Assembly: GCA_001871445.1 (NCBI GenBank)
Contig: MNVD01000014.1
Location: forward strand, 28,776 to 92,775
Reading direction: 5' to 3'
Length of the DNA stretch: 64,000 bases
Source of the DNA: Candidatus Magasanikbacteria bacterium CG1_02_41_34
GTDB taxonomy: Bacteria > Patescibacteriota > Patescibacteriia > Magasanikbacterales > UBA922
How positions within the stretch are numbered: position 1 is the first letter of the stretch; each line of letters starts with the position of its first letter. Shown here piece by piece: positions 19,255 to 28,587 of this stretch. The translations under genes were made by a program, and so were the position numbers. The notes under the pieces were generated by a model that was not told the DNA's origin, searched no databases, and saw only the letters and a list, made by a program, of their open reading frames with translations.

Positions 19255-19449
19255 TTATGCTATGACGATTGTAGCTGCAGTCGTCTTTGCAGCACGCTTT
19301 GCTGTAGTTCGGATGCATCGTGTGCAGACTTTTTGTCCATCCACCTTTTGAAGATTTGGATATTGTCTACGAATGGTTTTGATTTTTGAGTGGCTGCGGC
19401 TAGCGGCTTTTTTTGATCCCTTTCCGCATATGTCACAAGTTCGTGCCAT
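19255..19449 (-). CDS. rpmB: 50S ribosomal protein L28
   Basis: MARTCDICGK, SHS..KT.R...PNLQ, VCTRCIRT. Confidence 0.94.
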   Translation of the reverse strand: MARTCDICGKGSKKAASRSHSKIKTIRRQYPNLQKVDGQKVCTRCIRTTAKRAAKTTAATIVIA

Positions 19450-19560
19450 AGGAATAGTGTTAGAGTTGATTTGTATGTGAAAGGAGTGTACACTACAGAC
19501 CAATCTTTGTCAAGAGATAAGGATAGCATGATGCTTTAGTACCAATTTCTTCTATATAGT

Positions 19561-20160
19561 ATGGATACTGTTTTTCTCGTATTTGTTATTGTCTTTTCTG
19601 CCATTATACATGAGTATGCTCATGGTTGGATGGCAAACCAGCTGGGGGATCCTACGGCAAAGTATGCCGGTCGTCTCACCCTGAATCCACTAAAACACAT
19701 CGATCCAATAGGGTCAATTTTGTTGCCACTTCTCCTCATCCCAACAGGCTTCCTCTTTGCATACGCAAAACCAGTACCCTACAATCCATACAATCTGAAA
19801 GATCAAAAGTGGGGACCAGTAAAAGTAGCTTTCGCAGGGCCTTTGGCAAACTTTTTTTTGGCATTCATCTTTGGTATCACGCTCCAACTCGTTCCTGCTG
19901 GACCTATGACCAGTTTTTTCTACATTATTGTCTATGCCAATGTCTTGCTCGGTGTGTTCAATTTGGTCCCGATTCCACCGCTAGATGGATCAAAGCTTCT
20001 CTTTGCGTTTTTGCCAAGTAATGCTATTCGTGTACGTCAAGTATTACAGCAATACGGATTTTTGATTCTCCTCGTCTTCATCATGTCTTTTTCTTCTATC
20101 TTGAGTCCGGTTATTCAGTTTTTCGTGAATTTGTTTGTAGGTGGGGGACCGAGGTTTTAG
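19561..20160 (+). CDS. Site-2 protease (M50) family protein
   Basis: HEYAH, RLTLNPLKHID, AGPLAN, FNLVPIPPLDG. Confidence 0.94.
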   Translation: MDTVFLVFVIVFSAIIHEYAHGWMANQLGDPTAKYAGRLTLNPLKHIDPIGSILLPLLLIPTGFLFAYAKPVPYNPYNLKDQKWGPVKVAFAGPLANFFLAFIFGITLQLVPAGPMTSFFYIIVYANVLLGVFNLVPIPPLDGSKLLFAFLPSNAIRVRQVLQQYGFLILLVFIMSFSSILSPVIQFFVNLFVGGGPRF

Positions 20161-20210
20161 CTTCTCACTGAGAGTGAATAGTATTGTTATCCAGACAATA
20201 TAAAAATATG

Positions 20211-20247
20211 AACCCCACGTAGCGCTAGGCGCCGCGTGGGGTTTTTT
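20211..20247. terminator. Terminator hairpin between convergent genes
   Basis: AACCCCACG...CGTGGGGTT-TTTT. Confidence 0.65.
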
Positions 20248-20248
20248 A

Positions 20249-20467
20249 TCAGCGTGGGTCGAAGCCGTTGTCTCTGCTCTCTTGGGCGACGATACCCACC
20301 GAGAAGCCCATTTGGAAGACTTTGTCTTCCGAGCTGGGGATGTCGAACTTGCTTTTTATGCCCTCGTCGTAGCCTTTACGCCATCGGATCTTTGTCTCCT
20401 GGTCGCTGCGCGGACACTGGACGGCGTGGTGGCCGTCTAGGTACTGGCAGTAGAAACACGATGCCAT
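20249..20467 (-). CDS. Small orphan protein with CxxC-x5-HH-x3-C putative metal site
   Basis: AGAGG RBS; MASCFYCQYLDGHHAVQCP; hairpin downstream. Confidence 0.55.
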   Translation of the reverse strand: MASCFYCQYLDGHHAVQCPRSDQETKIRWRKGYDEGIKSKFDIPSSEDKVFQMGFSVGIVAQESRDNGFDPR

Positions 20468-20571
20468 CACTGAACCTCTTTGCGGGAAGTTGCAGTGATG
20501 AGTTTTTTTGAAAAATTTGCAACTTCTTGAGTAGAAAACTACAAAATATAGTTGATTTTGTCAATATCCCC

Positions 20572-20806
20572 TTGACATCCTCCCCCTTATATAGTATATT
20601 CCTCGCACTACACAGGTTTCCTTGTGAGTGCAGTACCTCAATCCCGACTTTCGCTACCCGGGGCCGCTTGATTTCAAGCATGAGGGAAGTGTCCTTCTTT
20701 CTTCGGAAAGAAGGACAGCGCTCGAGGCAGTTGTTTTATTATAACTGGCTTGAGCAAAGCCGTTTTTTTTTATTCAAAAGTGTTTTAAGCCTTGTAAGCA
20801 TTTTCT
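20572..20806 (+). promoter_or_regulatory. rpsL promoter and long structured 5' leader
   Basis: TTGACA-N17-TATATT; hairpins incl. TGTCCTTCTTTC-TTCG-GAAAGAAGGACA; GGCTT..AAGCC-T9. Confidence 0.6.
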
Positions 20807-21229
20807 ATGCCAACAATGAACCAGATTCTCCGCAAAGGGAGAACCTCACTAAAGGCGAAATCAAAATCGCCGGCGATGCAGTACACATGGGACAGTCTGC
20901 ACCGAAAATACACGAACCTCAAAAAAGGTTCCCCATTCAAACGTGGTGTGTGTACAAAGGTATACACCATGACTCCAAAGAAGCCAAACTCTGCGCTTCG
21001 AAAAGTTGCGAAGGTTCGTCTTTCAAACGGACAAGAAGTTATCGCATATATCGGGGGAGAAGGACACAATCTTCAAGAACACAGTATTGTACTCATCCGT
21101 GGTGGTCGTGTAAAAGATCTTCCGGGTGTTCGCTATCATATCGTTCGTGGTGTCTATGACACCCAAGGTGTCGACGGACGAAGACAAAGTCGTTCAAAAT
21201 ACGGAGCGAAACGACCTAAAAAAGCCTAA
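20807..21229 (+). CDS. rpsL: 30S ribosomal protein S12
   Basis: [31 protein letters not shown]. Confidence 0.99.
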   Translation: MPTMNQILRKGRTSLKAKSKSPAMQYTWDSLHRKYTNLKKGSPFKRGVCTKVYTMTPKKPNSALRKVAKVRLSNGQEVIAYIGGEGHNLQEHSIVLIRGGRVKDLPGVRYHIVRGVYDTQGVDGRRQSRSKYGAKRPKKA

Positions 21230-21317
21230 GCTTTGTTTATCGCTTATCGCTTATCCCGCCAGTGCTCTGCCTGGACGGGATCCCTGCCAAAGGCGGGATT
21301 GTTAATTGTTAATTGAT

Positions 21318-21791
21318 ATGTCTAGAGGAAAAGCAGCACCAAAGCGTGTCCCAATGCCGGATCCAGTATATGGTAACGAGCTCATTGGACGGTTTATCAA
21401 TTTTTTGATGGAACGTGGAAAAAAATCTGTTGCGCAATCAATCGTGTATGATGCACTCATACTCGTGAAGGCAAAAAAGAGTGAAGATCCTGTAAAGATT
21501 TTTGAACAAGTTATTAATACTGCAAAACCACAAGTCGAGGTTCGTTCTCGCCGTGTTGGTGGTGCAAACTATCAAGTTCCAATGCCTGTTGTTGGTAATC
21601 GTCAAGATTCGCTCGCATTCCGATGGATCATCGCAGCAGCACGATCACGAAAAGGATCTATGGCAGAAAAACTTTCTGCAGAATTTCTTGATATTCTCGA
21701 AGGTACTGGTGGCACGATGAAAAAGCGTGATGATGTTCACCGTATGGCAGAAGCAAATAAAGCATTTGCTCATTTTGCACGACGTGGATAA
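21318..21791 (+). CDS. rpsG: 30S ribosomal protein S7
   Basis: EVRSRRVGGANYQVP, HRMAEANKAFAHF. Confidence 0.99.
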   Translation: MSRGKAAPKRVPMPDPVYGNELIGRFINFLMERGKKSVAQSIVYDALILVKAKKSEDPVKIFEQVINTAKPQVEVRSRRVGGANYQVPMPVVGNRQDSLAFRWIIAAARSRKGSMAEKLSAEFLDILEGTGGTMKKRDDVHRMAEANKAFAHFARRG

Positions 21792-21888
21792 AAAATCCAA
21801 CAAGGTGAGAAAGGCTTACGATGCCAACAAGGCAGCCTTGTAAGCCTTCCTAGCCTTATACGCTTTATAAGCCTTATATTTTATATTT

Positions 21889-23988
21889 ATGCCTAGAGAA
21901 TACTCACTCGAACGAACCCGAAATATCGGGATCATGGCGCACATCGATGCAGGGAAAACTACGTTTACCGAGCGCGTCCTCTTTTATACAGGAAAAAAGC
22001 ACAAGATTGGTGAAGTTCACGAAGGTGCTGCGGAAATGGACTGGATGGAACAAGAAAAAGAACGTGGTATCACCATTACGAGTGCGGCAACAACATGTTT
22101 TTGGACACCTACGATTGGTGAGACTCCTGTAGCACACCGTATCAATATTATCGATACACCAGGGCATGTAGATTTTACGGTAGAAGTAGAACGATCACTG
22201 CGTGTGCTTGACGGAGCTGTTGCTGTTTTTGATGGATCCCAAGGTGTGGAACCTCAGTCAGAAACTGTGTGGCGCCAAGCTGACAAATATCGTGTTCCTC
22301 GTGTTTGTTTTGTAAACAAAATGGATAAAACAGGTGCAGATTTTTACATGAGTTTAAAATCTGTTCAACATCGATTGTCAGATAAGGCTGTTGCTATCCA
22401 ACTTCCTGTTGGCCAGGAATCAGAATTCCGTGGCATTATTGATTTGATTGAACAAAAAGCATATGCCTTTGAAGGGGATCACGGTATCGATATGGTTGAG
22501 ATCCCTATACCGGCAGATATGACTGAAAAAGTAATAGAGTATCGTGATATTCTTCTTGAAAAAGTTGCTGAAGCAAATGACACGTTGATGGACAAATACC
22601 TGAATGGAGAAGCACTCAGTATTTCAGAAATCAGAGCGGGAATTCGAAGTCTTGTTCTTGGAGATAGCATCTATCCTGTAATGTGTGGATCAGCGCTCGC
22701 AAATATTGGTGTACAGCTCGCACTCAATGAAGTTGTACATTCATTGCCATCTCCACTCGACGTGCCTCCTGCTATTGCGACAGATCCCGATGATGAAGAA
22801 AAGAAAACTGAAGTGGTTGCAGATGACAGCGCACCATTTGCGGCATTGGCATTCAAAGTAGCAACAGATCCATACGTTGGAAAATTGACATTCTTCCGTG
22901 TGTATTCTGGAACGCTCAAAGCTGGAAGTTATGTCATAAATACGACGACAGGAGAAAAAGAACGTATCGGTCGTCTCGTTATGCTTCATGCAAATAGTCG
23001 CCAAGAAGTGGGAGAAGTATTTGCAGGAGATATTGCTGCAGGTATTGGATTCAAAAGAACAACCACTGGTGATACGATCTGTGCAGAAAATCGTGAGCTT
23101 GTACTTGAAAAAATTACGTTTCCTGAACCTGTTATTCACATTGCTATTGAACCAAAGACAAAACCAGACCAAGAAAAAATGGGTATGGCACTGCAAAAAC
23201 TTGCAGAAGAAGACCCTACGTTCAAAGTTCATACAGACGAGGAAACACTCCAGACTATTATTTCTGGTATGGGAGAACTTCATCTCGACATTCTCGTGGA
23301 TCGTATGAAACGTGAATTTGGCGTTGAGGCAAATATCGGTGCACCACAAGTTGCGTATCGTGAAGCCATCAAAAATGAAGCAGAAGCAGAAGGAAAATAT
23401 GTCAAACAGTCAGGTGGACGTGGACAATTTGGACATTGTTGGATTCGTATCGAACCAAAAGAGGGAGGTACTGGATTTGAATTTGTGGATGACATCAAAG
23501 GTGGTTCTATTCCAAAAGAATATATTCCAGCTATCCAAAAAGGTATTCGAGAAACCATGGACAAAGGTGTTGTTGCTGGCTATCCAATGCTTGATATCAA
23601 AGCAACGGTGTACGATGGATCGTACCATGAAGTTGACTCGAGCGAAATTGCTTTCAAAATGGCAGGAAGTATGGCATTCAAGGCAGCAGCAAAAGCTGCA
23701 AACCCTGTTGTCATGGAACCTATCATGAAGGTGGAAGTTACAACGCCAGAAGAACACATGGGAGACGTTATCGGAGATATTAGTTCAAAACGTGGAACGA
23801 TTGAGGAAATGACAGATCGTGGAAAAGCAAAAGTTATCCGCGCAAAAGTACCACTTTCAGAAATGTTTGGGTACGTAAACAATCTTCGTTCTATGACACA
23901 AGGTCGTGCTTCGTATGCCATGGAATTTTCGCATTATCAAGAAGTTCCAAAGAATATTGAAGCAGAGATCGTTGCAGGAAAAAAATAA
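21889..23988 (+). CDS. fusA: Elongation factor G
   Basis: [36 protein letters not shown]. Confidence 0.99.
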   Translation: MPREYSLERTRNIGIMAHIDAGKTTFTERVLFYTGKKHKIGEVHEGAAEMDWMEQEKERGITITSAATTCFWTPTIGETPVAHRINIIDTPGHVDFTVEVERSLRVLDGAVAVFDGSQGVEPQSETVWRQADKYRVPRVCFVNKMDKTGADFYMSLKSVQHRLSDKAVAIQLPVGQESEFRGIIDLIEQKAYAFEGDHGIDMVEIPIPADMTEKVIEYRDILLEKVAEANDTLMDKYLNGEALSISEIRAGIRSLVLGDSIYPVMCGSALANIGVQLALNEVVHSLPSPLDVPPAIATDPDDEEKKTEVVADDSAPFAALAFKVATDPYVGKLTFFRVYSGTLKAGSYVINTTTGEKERIGRLVMLHANSRQEVGEVFAGDIAAGIGFKRTTTGDTICAENRELVLEKITFPEPVIHIAIEPKTKPDQEKMGMALQKLAEEDPTFKVHTDEETLQTIISGMGELHLDILVDRMKREFGVEANIGAPQVAYREAIKNEAEAEGKYVKQSGGRGQFGHCWIRIEPKEGGTGFEFVDDIKGGSIPKEYIPAIQKGIRETMDKGVVAGYPMLDIKATVYDGSYHEVDSSEIAFKMAGSMAFKAAAKAANPVVMEPIMKVEVTTPEEHMGDVIGDISSKRGTIEEMTDRGKAKVIRAKVPLSEMFGYVNNLRSMTQGRASYAMEFSHYQEVPKNIEAEIVAGKK

Positions 23989-23999
23989 GTATAGAGATT

Positions 24000-24032
24000 A
24001 AAAAAAGACGACTCACAAGAGTCGTCTTTTTT
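24000..24032 (+). terminator. fusA terminator
   Basis: AAAAAAGACGACTC-ACAA-GAGTCGTCTTTTTT. Confidence 0.85.
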
Positions 24033-24077
24033 GTACTTATTGAATTATCCTGGTTTTTCCTATAGGATACCTCTACT

Positions 24078-25172
24078 ATGAAAGAGCACTTACAAGCATT
24101 ATTAGAAAAGATTACGTCCACGTGGGCGCTTTTGGATATTGATGGACAAAAGGAAGAGTTGCAAAAATTGGAACAGGATATGCAAGCAGAAGGGTTTTGG
24201 AATGATACCGAGCAGGCTACCAAGATCAGTAAGCGTCATGAAGAATTGAAATCAGAAATTGATACGTGGCAATTACTTCAAGATGAAGTAGAAGGGCTCC
24301 TCAGTTTGAGTAAAGAATTGGAAGAGTCGCCCGATGAGGACATGGAAGCTGAAATTGATCAAAAAACAGAAAGTCTCGAAAAACAATTTGAAAAACTCGA
24401 ATTTATTCTACTCTTTGACGGAAAGCATGATAGAGACAATGCGCTTGTTACTATTCAAGCGGGGAGTGGTGGTACGGAAGCGCAAGATTGGGCTGAGATG
24501 CTTGAGAGAATGATTTTGCGATATGTAGAGAAAAAGGGATGGAAGGCAACATTGCTAGATGAATCAAAAGGTGCAGAAGCCGGCATAAAGTCAGCAACAG
24601 TTGAAGTGACTGGGCGATATGCTTTTGGGCATTTGAAAAGTGAACATGGAACACATCGGCTCGTTCGTCTTTCTCCTTTTGACGCAGAAGGGATGCGACA
24701 CACGTCTTTTGCATCGATAGAAGTCATTCCAGAAATGGAGACTGGTGATGCGGTGGTGATTGATCCAAAAGAGTTACGTGTCGACACATTTATGGCTGGA
24801 GGAAAAGGGGGGCAGAGTGTGAACACCACATATTCTGCTGTTCGTATTGTACATGTTCCTACGGGTATTACCGTACAATGTCAAAATGAACGATCGCAAG
24901 TTCAAAATAAAGAAAGCGCCATGCGTGTCCTTCAGGCAAAGTTGCAAAAGGTGCAGGAGGATCAAGAAGAGGCGGAGCGATTGAAACTTCGTGGCGAGCA
25001 CAAAAGTCCAGAGTGGGGAAATCAGATTCGTAATTATGTATTGCATCCATACCATCTAGTAAAAGATGTTCGTACAAAATATGAAACAGCAGATGATGAG
25101 CGTGTGTTGAATGGGGAGATTGATGATTTTATTGAAGCCTATTTGCGATGGATAAAATCACAAAACATGTAA
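24078..25172 (+). CDS. prfB: Peptide chain release factor 2 (no programmed frameshift)
   Basis: GGTEAQDW, HRLVRLSPF, GGQ, WGNQIRNYV; single uninterrupted frame. Confidence 0.96.
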   Translation: MKEHLQALLEKITSTWALLDIDGQKEELQKLEQDMQAEGFWNDTEQATKISKRHEELKSEIDTWQLLQDEVEGLLSLSKELEESPDEDMEAEIDQKTESLEKQFEKLEFILLFDGKHDRDNALVTIQAGSGGTEAQDWAEMLERMILRYVEKKGWKATLLDESKGAEAGIKSATVEVTGRYAFGHLKSEHGTHRLVRLSPFDAEGMRHTSFASIEVIPEMETGDAVVIDPKELRVDTFMAGGKGGQSVNTTYSAVRIVHVPTGITVQCQNERSQVQNKESAMRVLQAKLQKVQEDQEEAERLKLRGEHKSPEWGNQIRNYVLHPYHLVKDVRTKYETADDERVLNGEIDDFIEAYLRWIKSQNM

Positions 25173-25189
25173 CACGTAACAATTGTTAT

Positions 25190-25798
25190 ATGAACGTTAT
25201 TGATAAAAAACAACTAGACATTTCATCTCTTGCCCAAGCATTATTTGCCGGACAGACCATTGTCTATCCCACAGAAACATGTTACGGGCTTGGGTGTGAT
25301 GCGACAAATCAATTGGCTGTTGATACAATTTTTGATATTAAAAAAAGACAACGCAATAAACCCGTGTTGGTTGTCGCGCATGATCTTTCTGTGATGCTTG
25401 AACATGTATTTGATTCAGAAACACTTTTTGAAATAGAAGAAAAATATTGGCCAGGACCACTCACTGTTGTGACCAAGGTTCGTCTAGATTCAACCCTTGC
25501 AAAAGGCGTGATCGCTGAAGATGGAACGGTAGCATTTCGTATTACAGAGCACCCCATCGCGGCAGCACTCTGCCAGGCAATAAACGGACCTCTTGTTTCT
25601 ACTTCTGCAAATATTTCTACACACGAAAGTCCGTATGATATCAAGAACGTACTTGCTATGTTTGATCATGAACTCGTGCAGCCTGATATTGTCATTGATG
25701 GAGGGAAGCTTTCACACGAAAGCCCATCGACTATTGTGAGAATTCATGAAGATGGTACACTGGAAGTTCTTCGCGAGGGAGAAATTATTCTACATTAA
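25190..25798 (+). CDS. tsaC: L-threonylcarbamoyladenylate synthase (TsaC/YrdC)
   Basis: YPTETCYGLG, K.R..KP, WPGPLT, STSAN. Confidence 0.93.
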   Translation: MNVIDKKQLDISSLAQALFAGQTIVYPTETCYGLGCDATNQLAVDTIFDIKKRQRNKPVLVVAHDLSVMLEHVFDSETLFEIEEKYWPGPLTVVTKVRLDSTLAKGVIAEDGTVAFRITEHPIAAALCQAINGPLVSTSANISTHESPYDIKNVLAMFDHELVQPDIVIDGGKLSHESPSTIVRIHEDGTLEVLREGEIILH

Positions 25799-25916
25799 AT
25801 TCTTCCCCTACGAGGGGGAGCTAGAGGGGGTCTTTAGTACAAAAGACTGTATAGGATATACTATGAAGTGATTTCTTGCTAAAGACCCCACCTAACCTCC
25901 CCTGATAGGGGAGGAA
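25799..25916. repeat. Inverted pair of REP-like palindromes (REPIN/BIME-like)
   Basis: TTCCCCTACGAGGGGGAGCTAGAGGGGGTCTTTAG ... CTAAAGACCCCACCTAACCTCCCCTGATAGGGGAGGAA. Confidence 0.75.
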
Positions 25917-25927
25917 TATATTATTCT

Positions 25928-27091
25928 ATGTTTCACACGTCAAAATATTATTTTCCTATATTTATTGTTGCTGTAGCTTTTTTTACTGCGGGTGTTGGTT
26001 GGCAGTGGATTGAGGTTCAACAGGAGAGTGGTTTTTATTATTATTTTGGAACGCTCGATGAAGCTCCAAAAGATGCACTCGCTGTCCGACTCTATCAAGC
26101 ACAAAAGAAAGATGCCGCAAAACCAGAGAAACTCGAAGTAAAAGGGATTTATCTCACAGCATATACTGCGAGCAATGATACATCGAGACAGCGACTTATT
26201 GATCTCATCAATGCGACAGAACTCAACGCGGTAGTGATAGATATAAAAGATTATACGGGGTATATGTTGTACGACAGCAATATTGATAGCGTGAATGAAC
26301 TCGGTACTGATAAAGACAGGCTTGGAGATGTAAAAAAAATCGTAGACGATTTTCATGATCATGATATTTACGTTATTGCGAGGCAGACCGTTTTTCAAGA
26401 TCCTGTGCTTGCAGAAAAAAAACATGCATGGGCAATTGGTGCAAAAACAGGAGGACTCTGGCGAGATAATAAAGGGCTTGCTTGGGTTGACCCAACAAAA
26501 GAAGAAGTGTGGCAATACAATGTGGATATTGCAAAGGAAGTTATTGCTTTTGGTTTCGATGAAGTGCAATTTGACTACGTGCGCTTCCCATCCGATGGTA
26601 ATATGAGCAATGTCGTCTACACCAATGGCGTAGAAGAAAAGTACGATGTCATGCGTCATTTTTATACGTTTCTCGGTGAACAGCTCGCAGATGAGCCTGC
26701 TTGGATCTCACTCGATATGTTTGGTTTTGTTATGGAACGGCATGATGGTATGAATATTGGTCAGAGGCTTGAAGATGCTGTCGGTAATGTCGATTACATC
26801 TCACCGATGATGTATCCTTCTCATTATCCTGCAGGCCATCTTGGCCTTGCAAATCCTGCAGCGTCTCCTGGTATTGTTATAGCAAATGGTATGCAAAAGG
26901 GGATATCGTTTTTTGAACATACAAAAACAGAAGTTCGTCCCTGGATACAAGCCTTCAATATAGGTGCTGTGTATGGTGCGACGAATATTCGGGCACAGAT
27001 AGATAATGTAGAAAAGTACACTGACGGCGGTTGGCTTTTGTGGAATGCGGCGAATCGGTATAGCAGTGCTGGATTGGAATCTGCTGAGTAA
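25928..27091 (+). CDS. Putative glycoside hydrolase (DUF4015-like), membrane anchored
   Basis: VKGIYLT, ELNAVVIDIKD, FDEVQFDYVRFP, SPMMYPSHY, RPWIQAF. Confidence 0.88.
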   Translation: MFHTSKYYFPIFIVAVAFFTAGVGWQWIEVQQESGFYYYFGTLDEAPKDALAVRLYQAQKKDAAKPEKLEVKGIYLTAYTASNDTSRQRLIDLINATELNAVVIDIKDYTGYMLYDSNIDSVNELGTDKDRLGDVKKIVDDFHDHDIYVIARQTVFQDPVLAEKKHAWAIGAKTGGLWRDNKGLAWVDPTKEEVWQYNVDIAKEVIAFGFDEVQFDYVRFPSDGNMSNVVYTNGVEEKYDVMRHFYTFLGEQLADEPAWISLDMFGFVMERHDGMNIGQRLEDAVGNVDYISPMMYPSHYPAGHLGLANPAASPGIVIANGMQKGISFFEHTKTEVRPWIQAFNIGAVYGATNIRAQIDNVEKYTDGGWLLWNAANRYSSAGLESAE

Positions 27092-27103
27092 CTTTTTGGA
27101 TGT

Positions 27104-27715
27104 ATGAACGCACATAAGGGGAAAACAGCGGTGGCGGTGTCAGCAGACGATATAAAACAAACATTGCCTGGCTATAATCCAAGAGCCTCTCATCTTGTTC
27201 ATAGAGAATCAACACGTATTGCGGATCGTCAGTTTTTTTTTCTTCTCAAAGACACGGATTATAACGATGTCGTGCTCATGTCTGGAGGTTCTGCATCTGG
27301 CAAAACGGAATATATTGAAACCTTCCTTTTGGACGAGGAGCATATCATTTTTGATGGTACACTTCCTACCGTGCTTGGTGCATCAATAAAGATAAAACAG
27401 GCTCAGAAATATAAAAAGAATGTTTCTATCCATGCTGTAATTCCAGATGACCTGCGTAGGGCATACCTTGCATTTTTGGGGAGGGAACGTCAGTATGAGG
27501 ATATACATTTTTTTCGAACTCACTCTGATTCGAGAAGAACCCTGTTGAATATAGCATCAGCATACCCTGATATGAAGATCACTCTCATTGAAAGTTCGTA
27601 TAGGAGGAATATGCTTCGGTTTGAAGAATTCATATTTCCTGTCAGAGAAGACATGATTGAATTTTTAGAGAGTATTCAGTATACTGAGAGTGAAATACAA
27701 CATTTCGTAGTATGA
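27104..27715 (+). CDS. Zeta-toxin-like P-loop kinase
   Basis: GGSASGKT Walker A; ADDIK..LPGY.P...VHRES; IIFDGTL. Confidence 0.65.
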   Translation: MNAHKGKTAVAVSADDIKQTLPGYNPRASHLVHRESTRIADRQFFFLLKDTDYNDVVLMSGGSASGKTEYIETFLLDEEHIIFDGTLPTVLGASIKIKQAQKYKKNVSIHAVIPDDLRRAYLAFLGRERQYEDIHFFRTHSDSRRTLLNIASAYPDMKITLIESSYRRNMLRFEEFIFPVREDMIEFLESIQYTESEIQHFVV

Positions 27716-27969
27716 AAAAAAGAGTCTTGATACCAAAACGTCCATCCAATCCTTCCTTACGAGCGTATACAAGAGCTGTCCGCCAAGGACAACTCGGCAT
27801 CCATGTGGTAAAGCATGAAAAAGGATGGGTGGTGAAAAAAATTGGGGGTACTCAGCACCCAATATTTGATACCCAAGAAGATGCCGAAAAGCATGCTTTG
27901 CGTCAAAAGAAGAAAGCAAATACGGTATATGTGCATGGGCGTGATGGACGGATAAAACGGGTTCATTAG
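27712..27969 (+). CDS. DUF2188-like small basic protein
   Basis: HVV....GWVVK......FDTQEDA...A......VYVHGRDGRI; ATGA overlap with upstream gene. Confidence 0.8.
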   Translation: MKKRVLIPKRPSNPSLRAYTRAVRQGQLGIHVVKHEKGWVVKKIGGTQHPIFDTQEDAEKHALRQKKKANTVYVHGRDGRIKRVH

Positions 27970-27999
27970 TATGTTTTATTATTCTAAACATGGAGGTGT

Positions 28000-28587
28000 A
28001 TGCTAGGCATTTTTTTAAAAAAATATGGAAATAAACAGCTCAGCTGGGCTGTGTTTAGTATTGTATTCCTTGTGTTGCTTGTGGGGGCTTTTTTGTTTTG
28101 GAGGAATAAAACAGTGACCCCTGAGGTTCGTGGAAGTGTTGAAGTGGTAGGTGAGGGGATTGAGGTCGTGGAGGAATATGGAAAGAAAGTTATTGTGAAT
28201 GAGGAGGATGGGTATCGGATTACCGTTGCGGATATAGAATGGGTAAAGAAAGAACCAGGTTCTCTTTTTATAGATTTACCGGATGTGTATGGAGATGGAA
28301 TAGAGGGTGGTGGATATAAACCGAGCATATCAATAACCTCTCATAAAACGTCTTTGACAGCACTGGAAGAAGCAGAAAAATGGATTTCCAATCAGAAGGA
28401 TTCCAAATACTATTCAGCCGAGGTGCAAAAAGATGATACAGGGAGGACCTATGCTGTTGTACACGATAATGCCTTTTTTGGTGGGCCAAAACCATATATC
28501 TTTTTTATATATGAGCAAACACTGCACGTCATAGATGCGGATTTTGTGGATGTGAAAGAAGTTTTAGATAGTTTGAGATTTCTATGA
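28000..28587 (+). CDS. Hypothetical single-TM protein
   Basis: N-terminal TM; ATGA overlap with next gene. Confidence 0.7.
   Translation: MLGIFLKKYGNKQLSWAVFSIVFLVLLVGAFLFWRNKTVTPEVRGSVEVVGEGIEVVEEYGKKVIVNEEDGYRITVADIEWVKKEPGSLFIDLPDVYGDGIEGGGYKPSISITSHKTSLTALEEAEKWISNQKDSKYYSAEVQKDDTGRTYAVVHDNAFFGGPKPYIFFIYEQTLHVIDADFVDVKEVLDSLRFL

Noticed and set aside
20527-21159. 210-aa ORF overlapping rpsL
   Set aside because: Alternative-frame shadow of rpsL with a TTG start upstream of the promoter.
24078-25172. UGA-to-Gly recoding (genetic code 25)
   Set aside because: RF2 with SPF motif is present, long ORFs are intact under code 11 and several end in TGA.
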